From Cyanophora paradoxa CCMP329 (taxonomy: Eukaryota; Plantae; Glaucophyta), in assembly GCA_004431415.1 (NCBI GenBank), contig QPMI01000519.1, positions 62,001 through 126,000 on the forward strand: 64,000 nucleotides of DNA, in the 5' to 3' direction. The number at the start of each line of letters is the position of its first letter. Positions within the stretch are counted from its first letter, which is position 1. The translations under genes and the position numbers were made by a program. This document shows, piece after piece, positions 23,217 to 35,900 of the stretch. The notes below the pieces were generated by a model. That model had not been told where the DNA came from. It made no database searches and saw only the letters and a list, made by a program, of their open reading frames with translations.

Positions 23217-25098
23217 TCAGGCGTCGACGGCCTTGGCGAGGAACTCCTTCAGCTGGCTCACCATCCCCCGCTCCTGCGCCCCCGCCCCCCGCCGGGATCA
23301 GAGAGCTTAATCCTAATGATTGAGAGGGGCCGCGAGGGCGCACGGAGCGGATGCGGGCGGCCTCCTCCTCGGCGCGCTTGAGGATCTCCGCCGCCGCCCG
23401 CTCCAGCCCCGCCGCCTCCTCCGCCTCCTGCCGCCCTGCCCCGCGCGCCCCACGCCCCGCGCCCCGTCAGCTCGCCCCGGGGGGGAGGGCGGGGGAACAC
23501 GAGGCGGGGGCCGGGGGTCTAGAGTGGGCGGGGGGGAAAACGAGGCGGGGGCCGGGGTTCTAGAGTGGGCGGGGGGCAGGGGGGGGCGGACGGAGGGCGG
23601 CGGCGTCGCGCTCCTGGGCCGCCCGCAGCTCCGCGGACTGCTCCGCCAGCTTCTGCACCGCCCCCGCCTTCTTCTGGATCTGCGGGGCGGCCCACAGTCC
23701 AGCTCAGCTTAAGCTTGTGCAAATCAAGCTTTGGAATCGTTCGGAAATATTAATAGAATCGCCTCGCGCTGGAAGTTCTTGTAGAGGTCCCGCACCGCGT
23801 CCTCCTCCTCTGCTCCCGACCGCGACGCGGTCGGAGGGGGGGGGGTACGGGTTCTCGCTGGGAGGGGGCGCGGGCACCGCGGACGCGCTTGGCGACGGCC
23901 TCGACGCGCTCCAGGAAGCCGCGCATGAGCTCCTTCCTGCGGAGAAGGAGCGATAAGCGAATCGAGGGCCGCACAGCCGGCTCGAGGAGCACTTACTTGC
24001 GCTTCTCCACGCGCGCGAGGACCGCTTTCTTCTCCTTCTCGAAGTCCGCCTGCGCGGCACGCGGGCGGGGGCCGGGTTTCCGAGTTCGAGCGCTCAGGTT
24101 CAAGTTCTAAATCCAATCTCGCCTTGGTCTGGCCGATGATCTGCTCGACCTTGCGCTTCTTCTGCTGAGCGCCCTTCCCGATCGCCTGCTTCAGCGTCGA
24201 GAAGAGGCCCCCCAGCCTGCGCGGATTCGAAGGCGCGGCCGCGGTAAGCATTTCGACAGGGCGCCGCTAAAAGCTCAAGCTTATGCGCGGCGGAGAATAT
24301 TGATTGGCCGGGCGGGACGCGTGCGGGCGGACCCCTCGACGGTCGAGCTGTCCTCCACGTCGCTCATGTCGCTGATGCCGCCAGCGACTCTGCGAAGCCG
24401 AGCCGATCGCGGGCGAGAAGTCCGTGAGGGGGATCCGGCCCAAGCGCGTGCTCGCGGAGCCGGCGCGAACCGCGGGACGGGGAAGCCTCGCGATCGAGAT
24501 CGAGGTCCAGATCGTCCTCCAGAACCGCCGATTTCAGGCCCCCTTCTTCGCGCCCGCCTTCGGCTTGCTGGGCCCGGCCGCCGCCGCCGTAGCCCCGGCC
24601 GTCGTCCCGCGGCCCTCTGCGCGAATTCGGGCGCCGTCAGTGACGCATGCTGGTTGAAAAGAAGCGGATGATGGACCGCCCGACCTGCAGCTGGCGCGCC
24701 CTTCTTCTTCTTGGTCGCGGCCGCTGGCTCTGAGTCGCCAGCTCCGATCTCATCCCACTGCGGGGCGATCGGGGAGAAGCAGGAGAGCAGGCGAGTCGCG
24801 AAATGAGCCCGAAGCTCGCCGGCGCCCAATGGCGGCCCTGCGGCGAGCGGGGGAAGCGCGCGGGCCACGAGCTCGCGCACGCACGTCGGCGTCGTCTTCG
24901 TCGGCTTTCGCGGCCGCCGCCGACGAAGAGGTAGCGCCTCCAGCTACGCGCGAAGCTCAGAGGCGCGCGGGGAGGCGGCAGGAGACCGATCGCACCTTTG
25001 GCGGCGCCCTTCTTCGGAGCGGGCTTCGCGGGCGCGCGCTTCGGGGGCGGCGACTCCTCGTAGTCCTCCTCGTCCTCGTTCGCCCGCTTCCGCGGCAT
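23217..25098 (-). CDS. SYCP3/Cor1-like coiled-coil protein; copy 2
   Basis: Duplicate of 16981-18865. Confidence 0.55.
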
Positions 25099-25210
25099 CG
25101 CTCTTTTTTTCTTCGAATCGCTGTACGGGGGTCCTCTCATCGACTCACATCGAGCCAGACCAGATCCCGACAAATCCGGCCGGCGTCGAAAGCCCCGCCA
25201 TTGTGGAGCG

Positions 25211-26012
25211 ATGGCCGCGCTTCTTGCGAACTACTGGAAGACGCAGCGCGAGAACGAGGTCGTGAACAGCGTGCCCTCTGTGAAACTGCAGAACATTTTC
25301 GCGGAGAGGCCCGCTGCGCCCGAGATCAGCCCGTTCGGCGGCGTGAACGAGCCGCTGCCGCCCGCACCACCTCAGGAGCGCCAGCAGCAGCGCGAGGGCC
25401 ACTGGCAAGGCCGCGGGCAGCGAGGGCGCGGGCACTGGCACGGCCGCGGTCGGGGCCGCGGAGGACACGGCCACTACGCGCTCCCGCCCGGCCTCGTCTG
25501 CCCCGGTCCCGGGTTTCCGATCCTGCCCGCTGCGGCGTATGCGGCAGCCCAACAACACGTCGCCTCGCTTCCCTACAAGCGCGGCCGCGAGCTGATAGAC
25601 GCAGAAGGCACGCCGCCCCGCCCAGCTCGCCCTGCTCGCGTGCCCCGCTGATCGGCGCGGCCCGGGGGCTGGGGCGCTGCACTGCGGCTGCAGGCGGCGA
25701 CAAGGCGGACTGCGCGGAGCGGACGCGGCGGCGCATCGCGGCGATCGACGCGGAGCTGGCTGCGCTGCACGCGGAGCGGGAGGAGCTCGCGGCGTACCTG
25801 GTCGAGTTGGAGGAGCCCGCGGAGGAGCCCGCGGCGCCGGCCGGCGGGGAGGCCGCGGGGAGGACGGGACGGCGGGCGAGGACGGGGCGGCGGGCGCCGC
25901 GGACACGGAGCCCACGCCCGCAGCTGCGGCCGCCTCGTCATCGTCACCGGCGCGTCCGCGGGGCGGAGGCGGCGGCCGCGGTCGCGGGGGGAAGCACCAG
26001 CGGCGTGGCTAG
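25211..26012 (+). CDS. Hypothetical RG-rich/coiled-coil protein; copy 2
   Basis: Duplicate of 18978-19780 with one G-run indel near 25860. Confidence 0.6.
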
Positions 26013-26379
26013 CTATGTACAAGGGCAGCTAAGCAGCATCCCGGCCGTGTGTATAAATGCACACGAAGCTTTTAGCCGGTGGCTAGGCATGCCTCCGGTC
26101 CGCGCGCATGCCTCCGCGGCCGCCGGCCGACGCCCGGCGTACATGTATGACGGACTCAGCTGACGGGCTGCAGCTGCAGCTGAAGTCGGCGTTGCGATCA
26201 GGCGCTGGTGAGGGGGGCGCCTGGCTGCGATCGGCGGTCAGCCGCCAGTGGCCAGCCGCGCGCCAGCAGTGAAGAGGGGTACGGGCGACTGCGCGTGCTG
26301 TGGAGCCGCCCGCCGCGCGCAGTCTGGCAGCTATAGCTACTGGCAATTACTATCTACATAGGCAGCGTCATCGGCAGCA

Positions 26380-29112
26380 ATGGGCCCGAAGAAGAAAGGG
26401 AAGCAGCCGGCGAAGCGATCCAGGTCCTCGGACGACGAGGAGAGCCCGGGCTCCGGCGCGCGGCGCCGGCTCGCCGACGACGCTCCGAGCTCGCAATTGG
26501 AGACCCTCCCCGACCCCGTCCTGCAGCGCATCCTCACGTTCGTCGGCCTGCGCGAGTCGTGGAAGTGCGCCCGCGGCATCAGCAAGCGAATCCGGGCCAT
26601 GCTCATCGCCAACGAGTGGGAACGGCTCTCGTTTCCCTGTGAGAATCCAAGCTTAAGAGCCCGGGCGGAACAGGGCCTCGCACAGGCGGCGGCACAGCTC
26701 GCCGAAGACATAGCTGGCTGGACGAAGCGGGCGAATAGGGGACACGTGCGCGTGCAGAGCCTGTTCGTGGAGGCCCTCGATCTGCACCCCAAGCGCGAGC
26801 TCGTGCCGGCCCTCGTCGCGGCGCTGCCGGGCCTAAAGCACGTCGTGATCCGCCACGGCGACATCTCTGCCGGCATCCGCCGCGAGCCCTTCGACTTCTT
26901 CCCGAGCCCCTCTTCGCTGAAGACGCGGCACGAGTACGCGGCGGCGCTGCTGCGCGCCGCCGTCGCCTCCTCGGCCGCTACGCTCGCCGCCTTGGAGTTC
27001 GCGCTCGAGGTCGACGCGCTGAACGTCGAGGACGCCATCCGCGCGACGCCCGCCCCGAGTCTGCCTCTCGCCACTCCTCCTCCGCCTCGGGGCGCGTCTC
27101 ACCTCCCGCGTGCGCGCTCAGCGGGGCGCCTGCAGCGGGGCTTCCTGACGCAGCTGGGGAAGCTCCCCGCGCTGCGCCGCCTGAACCTCGTGGGCTACTG
27201 CTCGATGGCGCCCGAGTTCGTGCGGGGCCTCGCCGGCGCCGCCCCGGGCCTCACCTCCTTCCACTTCGCCTCCGTGGGCCCCGAACGCGAGTTCCCCTCC
27301 GGCTCCGCCTTCGACGACAGCGCCGTGCGTCCCGTCCCGCCCGCCCGGCGCCCTCGGCCTCTGAAGGGCGAGCAGGACGAGGAGGGCGAGGGGCAGGGGG
27401 AGGCGGCGGGAGAGGCGGCGGCGGGGGCCGCGGCCCTCGGCGCCATCGTCGAGGCCGTCGCCGAGGGCCTCCCCAACCTCGAGGTCCGCCCCGCCCCGCC
27501 CCCCGCGGAGTCTCAAGCAAGCCGATGCCCCGCCTGACCTCGCTCCGCTGCGCCGCGCCGGGGCAGGAGCTGGACGTGGGGTGGACCGGCTCGAGCGTGG
27601 GGCCGGGCCCGCTGGAGACCGTCGGCCGCCTCCGGTCCCTCCGCCACCTCTGTGCGCGTCCGCGGCGCCCCGACGCTACGGGGCCGCCGCTTTGCCCCGG
27701 AGAACATGTAGCCCGGCGGCTTCTCGCCCCCCTAGAGCGCTGCACGGCTCTGCTGCGCGCCGCGCCGCCCCGTCGGCGCCCCGGAAAGCCGACTCGAGCG
27801 CGCAGTGGTGCGCTGCAGCGAGCTGGCGAGGGGCGCGCTGCCCGGCCTCGTGCGGGGCCTGGGGCCCCAACCGGCCCTCGCCCACCTCGAGATCCGCGAG
27901 CTGGTCCGCCCGCCCGCCCCTCCGCCCGCCCGCCCGCCCGGCGCTCCGGCGGGGGCCGGGGCCCGGCCCAGCGGCGGCGCCCCTCACGCCCGGCGTACAG
28001 CACGGCTCCATATCCTTCGAGGGCCAGCTCGAGGCGCTCCGGAGGGTGGTGCTCGCCGCCCCCGGCCCCGCCCCGCTGAGCCCTCGCGCCCCGCGCCCCG
28101 CTGAGGGGCCGCGGGGCAGAGCTCGCTGCGGCGGCTGGAGATCGAGCCGATCGACGTCGAGCCGGCCGCCTGGGCCGCCCTCGGCACCCTCAGCCAGGTG
28201 CGCGCCCGGCGGCCCCCGCGCTCAGCTCTGCGCGCGCGGCCCGCCGCGCCGGCGGCCGACGGGACGCGCGTGCAGCTGGAGCACCTGTGGATCCGCGCGA
28301 GGGTCGCGGGCGTCACGGAGGGCTGGCGCTGGACCTTCCCCGCGGCCTTCCCGCGGCTCCGGACGCTGACGCTGGTGGTGGACGGCTGCGCGGGGCCCGA
28401 CCAGTCGGTCTTCTTCGACGCGCTGGCCGGCCAGCTGGCCGAGCCCTGCCCCTGGGGCCTCCGCGACCTCACTATCGACGTGCGCCCCGCGGCGGCCGCC
28501 GTGGAAGCTCGCCGGCCCTCGCGGCGCGGGGCGCGGGGCGAGCGGGCGGGGCGGGGCGCAGGTCGTGCCCACGCCGTGCCGCTGCGACTCGTGCGACGAC
28601 GGGACGGGCCAGGCGGCGCTCTCCGCCGCCCTCGGCCGCCTCCTCGCCCTCGACGCCATCCGGCGCGCCCTCGTGAGCTACGACCGCCTCTCGCTCGATC
28701 CGCGCCGGGGCGGCGCCGTGCCCGAGCTGGAGGCGCTGGCGGGGTGCACCCGCCTCGCCCGCCTGCACCTCGAGACCCACGTCGACGCCCCGCTGAAGGC
28801 CGCCGAGGCCGACGCGTTCGCGCCCCTCGGGGGCCTCCCCGCGGAGGGGCGCAAGTTCAGCGTGATGGCCTCCGCGGGGGCGGCCAGCAAGGTCGCCGCC
28901 ACCCGCCTCCGCGCGCTGCTCCCGGGCTGGCTCGTCCAGGTGCGAGCGACCCCGACGCCCCTGGCCTGCCGCCCGCCAGCCCTGCCCCGCCCGTGCTCAG
29001 GCGCGCCGCGCCGCGCGCGCGCGCGCAGATCCCGGAGCGGCAGAAGCGCAGCGAGATGCGCATGACCCCCGCCGCCGCTTTCTTCGGCATGATCCAGGTC
29101 AGCCAAGGTTAG
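26380..29112 (+). CDS. F-box / LRR-like protein (multi-exon)
   Basis: F-box LETLPDPVLQRILTFVGLRESWKCARGISKRIR. LRR-like segments LGKLPALRRLNL, LPNLEEL, FPRLRTLTLV and LARLHLE. Stop at 29112. Confidence 0.8.
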
Positions 29113-29153
29113 AAGGATCGAGGAGTGCAGCTGAGCTCGAGCTCGATTTCACA

Positions 29154-29189
<36 letters not shown>
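29154..29189 (+). repeat. Poly-G tract (36 nt) between convergent gene ends
   Basis: Seen directly. Confidence 0.9.
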
Positions 29190-29455
29190 CTGCGGGGCGG
29201 CGAAAAAGAGCGGCGGCCCGGCGGAAGGCTTGAGCGGCGAGCACCAGCCAGGGGTCCACTCATGTGAAATTGCAATTCAATCGGATTGTACAAGGTGCTT
29301 CTGTTCCAGCCTATGGAAACTAAGCTATCACGCATTCGAGATCGCATCTGCCAGGGAGGGGCCCCCGGGGCGCCCTGCCCAAAAAAACCGACTGCCGAAA
29401 AAGAGAGCTGTCTAGAAAAAGGAATCTCACTGCCAACTCGGGCCGCTTGGGGGGC

Positions 29456-29939
29456 CTACCGCAGCGCGTCATGCACTGCGCGGGGGTCAGGAGGGGCGGA
29501 CGGGGCGGGCGAGACGGGCGCACCCGGGGGCAGGCCGAGGAAGGCCCGCAGGTCCGGGAGCATGGGGGCCGGCACGCTCCGCTGCCAGACCTCGGCGCTC
29601 AACTCCCGCAGCTGCGCGCGTGGCGGCGGCGGTCAGAGAAGAAGAAAGGGGGGGCGGGGCGGGGCGGGGCGGGCCTGGCCGGCGGTCTCGACCCACTCGT
29701 TCTGGAGGGTGTCGACGACGGGGCGGACCTCGTCCACGCTGCGGCCCGCCCACCCCGCGAACTCCTCCATGCACGCCCGGATCGGCGTCTCCGACGGCAC
29801 CGCCGGCGGCCCCGCCCCCGCCCCCGGCCCCGGCCCCGCCGCCCCCGCCTCCGCCGCCTCCGCCGACGCCGGCGCCGCTGTCCCGGGCTGCACCACCTGC
29901 AACCGCTGCACCGAGACGCCCTGCTGGGGCCGCGGGCGC

Positions 29940-29978
<39 letters not shown>

Positions 29979-32900
29979 GAAGGGCGGCCCCGCGGCAGCG
30001 ACGACTGGGGGCCCACGCGGGTCGCGGCCCGCATCTCCTCCCCCCCGTCCGCGGCCGCCGGCGCCGGTGCCGGGGCGGCGGCGGAGGCGGCGGAGAGCTC
30101 CTCGACGGAGGCGCTGCCGGAGGCGGCGACGCGCTTCTCGACCTCGGCGCGGCAGTTGGTGGCGACCTGCACGACCTCCCGCACCCGCTTCTCCACCGCC
30201 TTCTCCGCCGCCTCGTCCCCCGCGGCGCGCACCGCCTTGAGGCGGTCCATGAGCGTCGTGTGCTCGACCCGCAGCGACTCGTAGAGCGCGAGGAGCGACT
30301 TGAGGTCCATCAGCTGCAGCTCCCCCTTCTTCTCCTTCTGCGCCCCGGGCCCCTTCCGCGGCTGCTTCGGCGTCGGCTTCGCCAGGCCCGCCGGGCCCGC
30401 CCGCCGCTTCTTCGGTGCGGGGCCCGTCTCCGACGGCGGGGCCCCCGCCTGCGCATGCGCGCGCCCCGCACGCATCAGCGCGGGCCGTGCGGGCTGCGCG
30501 GGCGGGCCGGCGCCGGCGCACCTGGATGCCCTGCTGCATCTGCACCTGGACGCTCTGCGATGGCGGCAGCCTGCCGCCGCGCTACGGGCGGCGTCGGGCG
30601 AGGCGGAGGGGTGCGGGGCGAAGAAGAGAGGGGGCGCGGAGCGAGGCGCACGTCGGTGCAGAGGCGGGTGAGCTGCTCCTTCAGCTCGCCGAGCAGCTCG
30701 ACCATGCGCTGCACGTTCGGGTTGTTCTCCACCGTCTGAGGGGCCCTCCCGTCTGAGCGCGAGGGGGGGCCAGAGGGGGCAGGGGGCCCTCGCCTGTATC
30801 CATGAGACCAGCTGTGCGTACTCGTCCGGGTTCATGGGGGTACCCAAGATGATCTCCTGGATCTCGGCGTGCAGCTGAGGGCCCCGGCTGTGAGACGAGG
30901 CGGGGCGGCGCGGGGGAGGAAGACAGGGCGGCGCGCCTTCTCCGCGAGGCGCCGCAGCTTGATCGGGTTGCTGGTGTGCGCGCTCGCGTGCGCCCGCGCC
31001 ACGTGCCCCGCCGCCACCGATTGCGCCGCTGCCGCGCCGCATAAGGCGAAGCGGCGGCGGCAGGACGGGCGCGCGGGGGCGCGGGCGCACCGATGAGTGC
31101 CGCGCGCTGCTCGTTCTCCTGCAGCAGGGCGCGCTTCACCTGAGCGTTCTCCGCCCGCTTCTTCGCGTGGCTCTTGCGGTCGTCGTCCGCCCGCCGCCTG
31201 CCGCGGGCGAGCGCGCTCAGCTCAGCGGGGCCTCTTTCAACGAGAGCGGCGGGCGGGAAAAAGCGCGCACTGGCGCCACTCCTCCTCGAAGGCCGCCTGC
31301 ACCTCGCTGAGCTTCTGCTTGCCGAACTGGAAGACGGCCCGCTCCTGCTCCCCCGCCTTGCGCGCCGCCTCCGACGCCTTGCGCGCCTCCTCTGCCCGAA
31401 CCCGCTCCGCCTCCTCCTCCCCCGCCGCCGTCGCCGCTGCCGCCGCCGCGCCCTCTCCCGCCTGCGGCTGCTGCTGGTCCCCGGCCGCCTCGCCCTCGCC
31501 GGCGCCCTCGGCCTCCTCCCTCCTGGCGGCGGGGGGCGCGGCGCCGGGCAGGGCGGGGGCCGGGGGCATGCCGGGCGGCTCGGCGGGCTCGTGGGGCGGC
31601 TGCGGGGGCAGGGAGGCGAGGTAGGCGGCGTGGGCCTCGCGGATGAGGGGCAGGAGCCCGATCTCCCGGTCCGCCAGCATGTCCTTGTACGCCCAGTTGC
31701 CCCACCCGTGCCTGCCGGGGCTCAGCTGGGGCGACGCAGGCGGGGCGGGGCGGGGCGGGGCGGAGGAGCTGACTTGACGATGGCCTTGAGGTAGGCGCGC
31801 CAGAGGGGGTCGGTCTCCAGGCGCGAGACGAGCTCCTGCGTCTGCTGCTTGGACTGCGACAGCCGCTTCCGCAGCTCCGCCTCCGCCTCGGGGCGCCCCT
31901 CCAGGATGTCCAGGAACTGCCGCCCCCCCGCCCGCCGCCTCAGAAGGCGAGGAAGAAGAAGAAGGGCGGGGAAGGGAAGGGGAGGGGGCGCCTCGAGGCA
32001 GTCGGCGCAGATGGAGAGGACGCTGAGGCGCTTCTCCATCTGGCGCCGCGTCATCTTCGCCAGCTTCCACGTCGCCGGCCGCCCGTCCTTCTCCGGGTCT
32101 GCGCGCGCCCGTCGGGGGCGCCCAGGGCGGAGGCGAGGCGCGCGAGGGCGGACCGTAGTTCTCGTCGGTTACGTGCTTCATGAGGCACTTGCAGAAGCTG
32201 CGCGCGGCAGGCGGCCCCAGCCGTCGGAAGGGGCGCGGGGGACGGAGGAGGGGCGGCGGTGGAGGAGAGGGCGCACTCGACGATGACCTCGGGGGTCTTG
32301 TACTGGAGGCGCCCCTTGCGGCGCTCCCGGCTGTAGTTCTGCACCCGCTCGAAGCTGTTCTTCTGCGACCCAAAGCGCATCAGCTGGTTCTTGATCTCCT
32401 CCATGTCCTTCTCGTCCAGCTCCCCCGAGAGCGCTGCCCGGCCCTCTCTGTCAGGCGCGCAGCTTCGCGGTTTGTTCGTCCAAGGACGCACGGATGGTCT
32501 CCTCGGGGGGAGCCGCCTCGAAGCGCCCGTTCGGCCCGCGCCCGCGCCCGCGCCCGCCCCGGCCGCGGCCCCGCCCCCGGCCCCGCCTCGGGATGTCGAT
32601 GTACTCGTCCATGCCGGCCTGCGAGCCCCCAACCGGTCAGACAACAAACCCTGTGCCCCGCGGGAGCCTCCGGGGCACCTCCTCGAAGTGGTCGTCGTCG
32701 TTGTCGTCGCGGTCGCTGCTCTCGGCGTCGCTGCTCTGGCGCGCCTTCTTCTCCAGCTCGTCCTCCTCGCTCGACGCGATCCCCAGCGCCTCCCGCTCCT
32801 GCTCGTTCAGCTGCCGGCCGCGCGCGTCAGCGCAGCTCTGCACCGGGCGCCCCTCCCGCGCGCTCAGGGCGGGCGCGCACCCCCGCGAGGGCGTCGTCGG

Positions 32901-35900
32901 ACTGGCGGTTCTTGGCCATGCGGGCGCGCCGCTCGAGGGGCATCATCTCCAGCGCCCGCTCGTGCGCGTGCTTCGCCTCGTACTCCTGCACCCCCCATGA
33001 GCCCTGGGCAGGGCCGGGGGGGGGCTCGCGCGCTCGCCTGGCGGAGGAACTCCCAGTCGATGGGCCCCGCCTTCTTGCGCGCCCCGGCGCCCTCCGCCGC
33101 CTCCCCGGCCCCCCCCGCCGCCCCGGCCGCCCCGCCGTCCCCCGCCTCGATCTCCTTCAGCGCCTCCGGGGGCGCCCGCGGGTACTGCGCCACCTGCGCG
33201 CAGATCAGGCCGCCCGCCGCCCGCCCCTCCCGCCCATGCGAGGGCCCCGCGAGCCTTGAAGTTGGACATCCAGTCGCGGTCCTGCTCCGGGGCGTTCGCG
33301 TTCGTGATGGCGCCGGCGATGAAGTCGCCCCGGTTCAGGATCCTGCGGGGGGCGCCGCTCAGAGGAAGGAGGGCGGGGAGCAGGACGGGGGCGGCGGGCG
33401 CACCGGTCCACGTCCTCCTCGCTGTACTCGACGGGCATCAGGCGGCTCATCTCCTCGTCTGTCTTCGCGTCCGCCGCGTTCGTGCTCGGCTCCGCGGCGT
33501 CCGCGGCGCCGGCCTCCGCCCCCGCCTCCTTCTTCTCCTCCTCGAGGTGGCCGTCGTCGGAGAGGATGGCGGCGGCGCCGCCCAGGAGGATCTCCTGGAC
33601 GTCCTTGTTCGAGAAGCCCTTCATCTCCTTCTTGAGCGACTCGCGCCCCGAGCCCGTGCGGATCACCGCGTCGTTCACGTCCTTGGCGAGCTTCTGCGGG
33701 GGGCGTGAGACGGGAGGAGGGGGCCGGGGTGGACGGGCGGGCGGGCGCGGCTCGCCATCTTCTGCTTGGAGCGCTCGAGCATGCGCCACTCGACGGTGGA
33801 GAAGGTGATGAGGCGGTAGACCATGACCTTCTGCTGCTGCCCGATGCGGTACGCGCGGCTCAGCGCCTGGATGTCGTTGTGCGGGTTCCAGTCGAGGTCG
33901 TAGAAGATGACGGTGTCGGCCTGGACCAGGTTGAGGCCGAGGCCGCCGGCCTTGGTCGAGAGCAGGAAGCAGAAGACCTCGCTCCCGGGCGCCGTGAACG
34001 CCTCCACGTTCCGCTGCCGCTCCGCCGCCGACATCCGCCCGTCCAGGTACACGAACCGGAACCGCGAGAGGCGCATGTAGATCGCCAGGATGTCCAGCAT
34101 CCGCGTCATTTGCGAGTAGATCAGCACCCTGCGGCCGGGGCGTAAGGGACAGAAGGCGGAGGGGAGTGCGCGGGGGGGCGCGCCTGTGGCCGCCGGCGAT
34201 GAGCTTCCTGAGCATCTGGTCCAGCAGCTGCAGCTTGGCGGAGGCCCCCACCAGCCTCGCCAGGCCTGCCCCGCGCGCGTCGGGACGGGGGGCACGGGCG
34301 GGGGCAGGCTAGGAGAGGGGGTACGGGCGCGGGCGCACGGGAGGGCTCGTCCTGGGGCAGGCCGAGGTCGCGCTCGAGGGGCCCCGGGAAGAGGAACGGG
34401 TGCTGGCAGCACTTGCGCAGGTCCACCATGATGTTGATCAGCGAGACCTGCGCGCCCGCCCGCCCGCTCAGACCCCTCGCGGGCTCCAGCGTTCACTCTT
34501 GTGAGAGGGCGCACGCGGGGCCCGCCCTCGCGGCCCTTGAGTGTGGTGTAGTTGCGGACGAGGATGTCCCGGTAGACGCGCTTCTGGAGCGGGGAGAGGC
34601 CGACGGGCACCACGAGCTCCTCCTTGGGCGGCAGCTGCTTCAGCACGTCCTTCCGCTCCCGCCGCAGCAGGTACCGCGCCAGCAGCTCCGTCCGCGCCTG
34701 CCCCGCCCCGTCAGCAAACGACGCAGAAACGCAGGAGCACGGGGCAGGGAGGGGGGCACGGAGGCGTCGGCGGCGTGGTAGGTGGCCTGGAAGGCCTCGA
34801 GGCTGGCGAAGGCGGCGGGGTCCAGGAAGGAGAGCAGGTTGAAGAGCTCCTCGTCCGTGTTCTGCACCGGCGTCCCTGCGCCCCGCCCCGCGTCAGACGG
34901 GGGGGGGGAGGGGGGGGGCGGGGGGCGGGGGGCACCGGTGAGGAGGAGGCGGTGCTCGGTGGGGAGCTCGCAGAGGCGCGTGTGGAGGGCCGTCTCGCGG
35001 TTCTTCATCGCGTGCGCCTCGTCGATCACGACGCTCTTCCAGGCGACCTTCTTGAGGTTCGCCAGCGAGTTGGACTTGGCGTTCTTGAAGGGCTCGAAGC
35101 TCGTCACGAGCACGTCGAAGCGCGGGTTGGGGAAGCGGCCCCCGACGGGCCGCCCGAACTCCAGCTCGATGCACCTGCGCGATGTTAGGGGGGAGGGAGG
35201 AGAGGGAAGGGGGGTACGACGACGACGACGGCGCGGGACGCACCGGTCGCGGGACTCGGGCTTGCCGTGGTAGAGGACGACGTCGACGTGGGGGGCCCAG
35301 GTGGCGAACTCCTCGACCCAGTTGTTGGCGACGGAGAGGGGCACGACGACGAGGAAGGGGCGCGCCCCGAACTCCTGCATCAGCGAGGAGAGGAACGTGA
35401 TCGTCTGCACCGTCTTGCCTGCGGGGAAGGCGCTCAGCTCGAGCGGAGGACGCGGCGGATGCGTGCGAGCGGGAGGGGCGCACCGCATCCCATCTCGTCA
35501 GCGAGCATGACGTTGGTGCGCTGCTGCCAGGAGTAGCGGAGCCAGTTGACGCCCTCCAGCTGGAAGTCCTTCAGCGCCCCCCGGATGAACGACGGCGTCT
35601 CCGCCAGCGGCCGGAACGCCTCCGCGCGGCGCGGCGGCCGGGGCGGCCCCGCCGCGTCGCGCGCCTCCCAGCGCCGCCACGCCGCGAGCGCCGCCTCGAA
35701 GCGCTCCGGGTCCCACTCGCCCAGCCGCTCCTCGCGCTCCCACGTGCAGCAGCTGTACTCCAGCTGGCACCACTTCACGAGGTACTCCGGCCGGCCCCGC
35801 GTCTCCCTGCGCGCGCGCGCGAGAGAGAGAGAGGCGTGAGCGGGCGAGGGCGGGGCCGAGCCGAGTGGCCGAGGCGGGCGCACCGGAGGCCGACGATGCG

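Larger units (their letters stand above)
14908..27391. repeat. 6.24-kb tandem duplication (copy 1 14908-21148; copy 2 21149-~27391)
   Basis: Near-identical copies that differ almost only in homopolymer lengths. Junction ...GAGCAG GGCGAGG|GCTCAACCTG at 21149. Confidence 0.95.
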
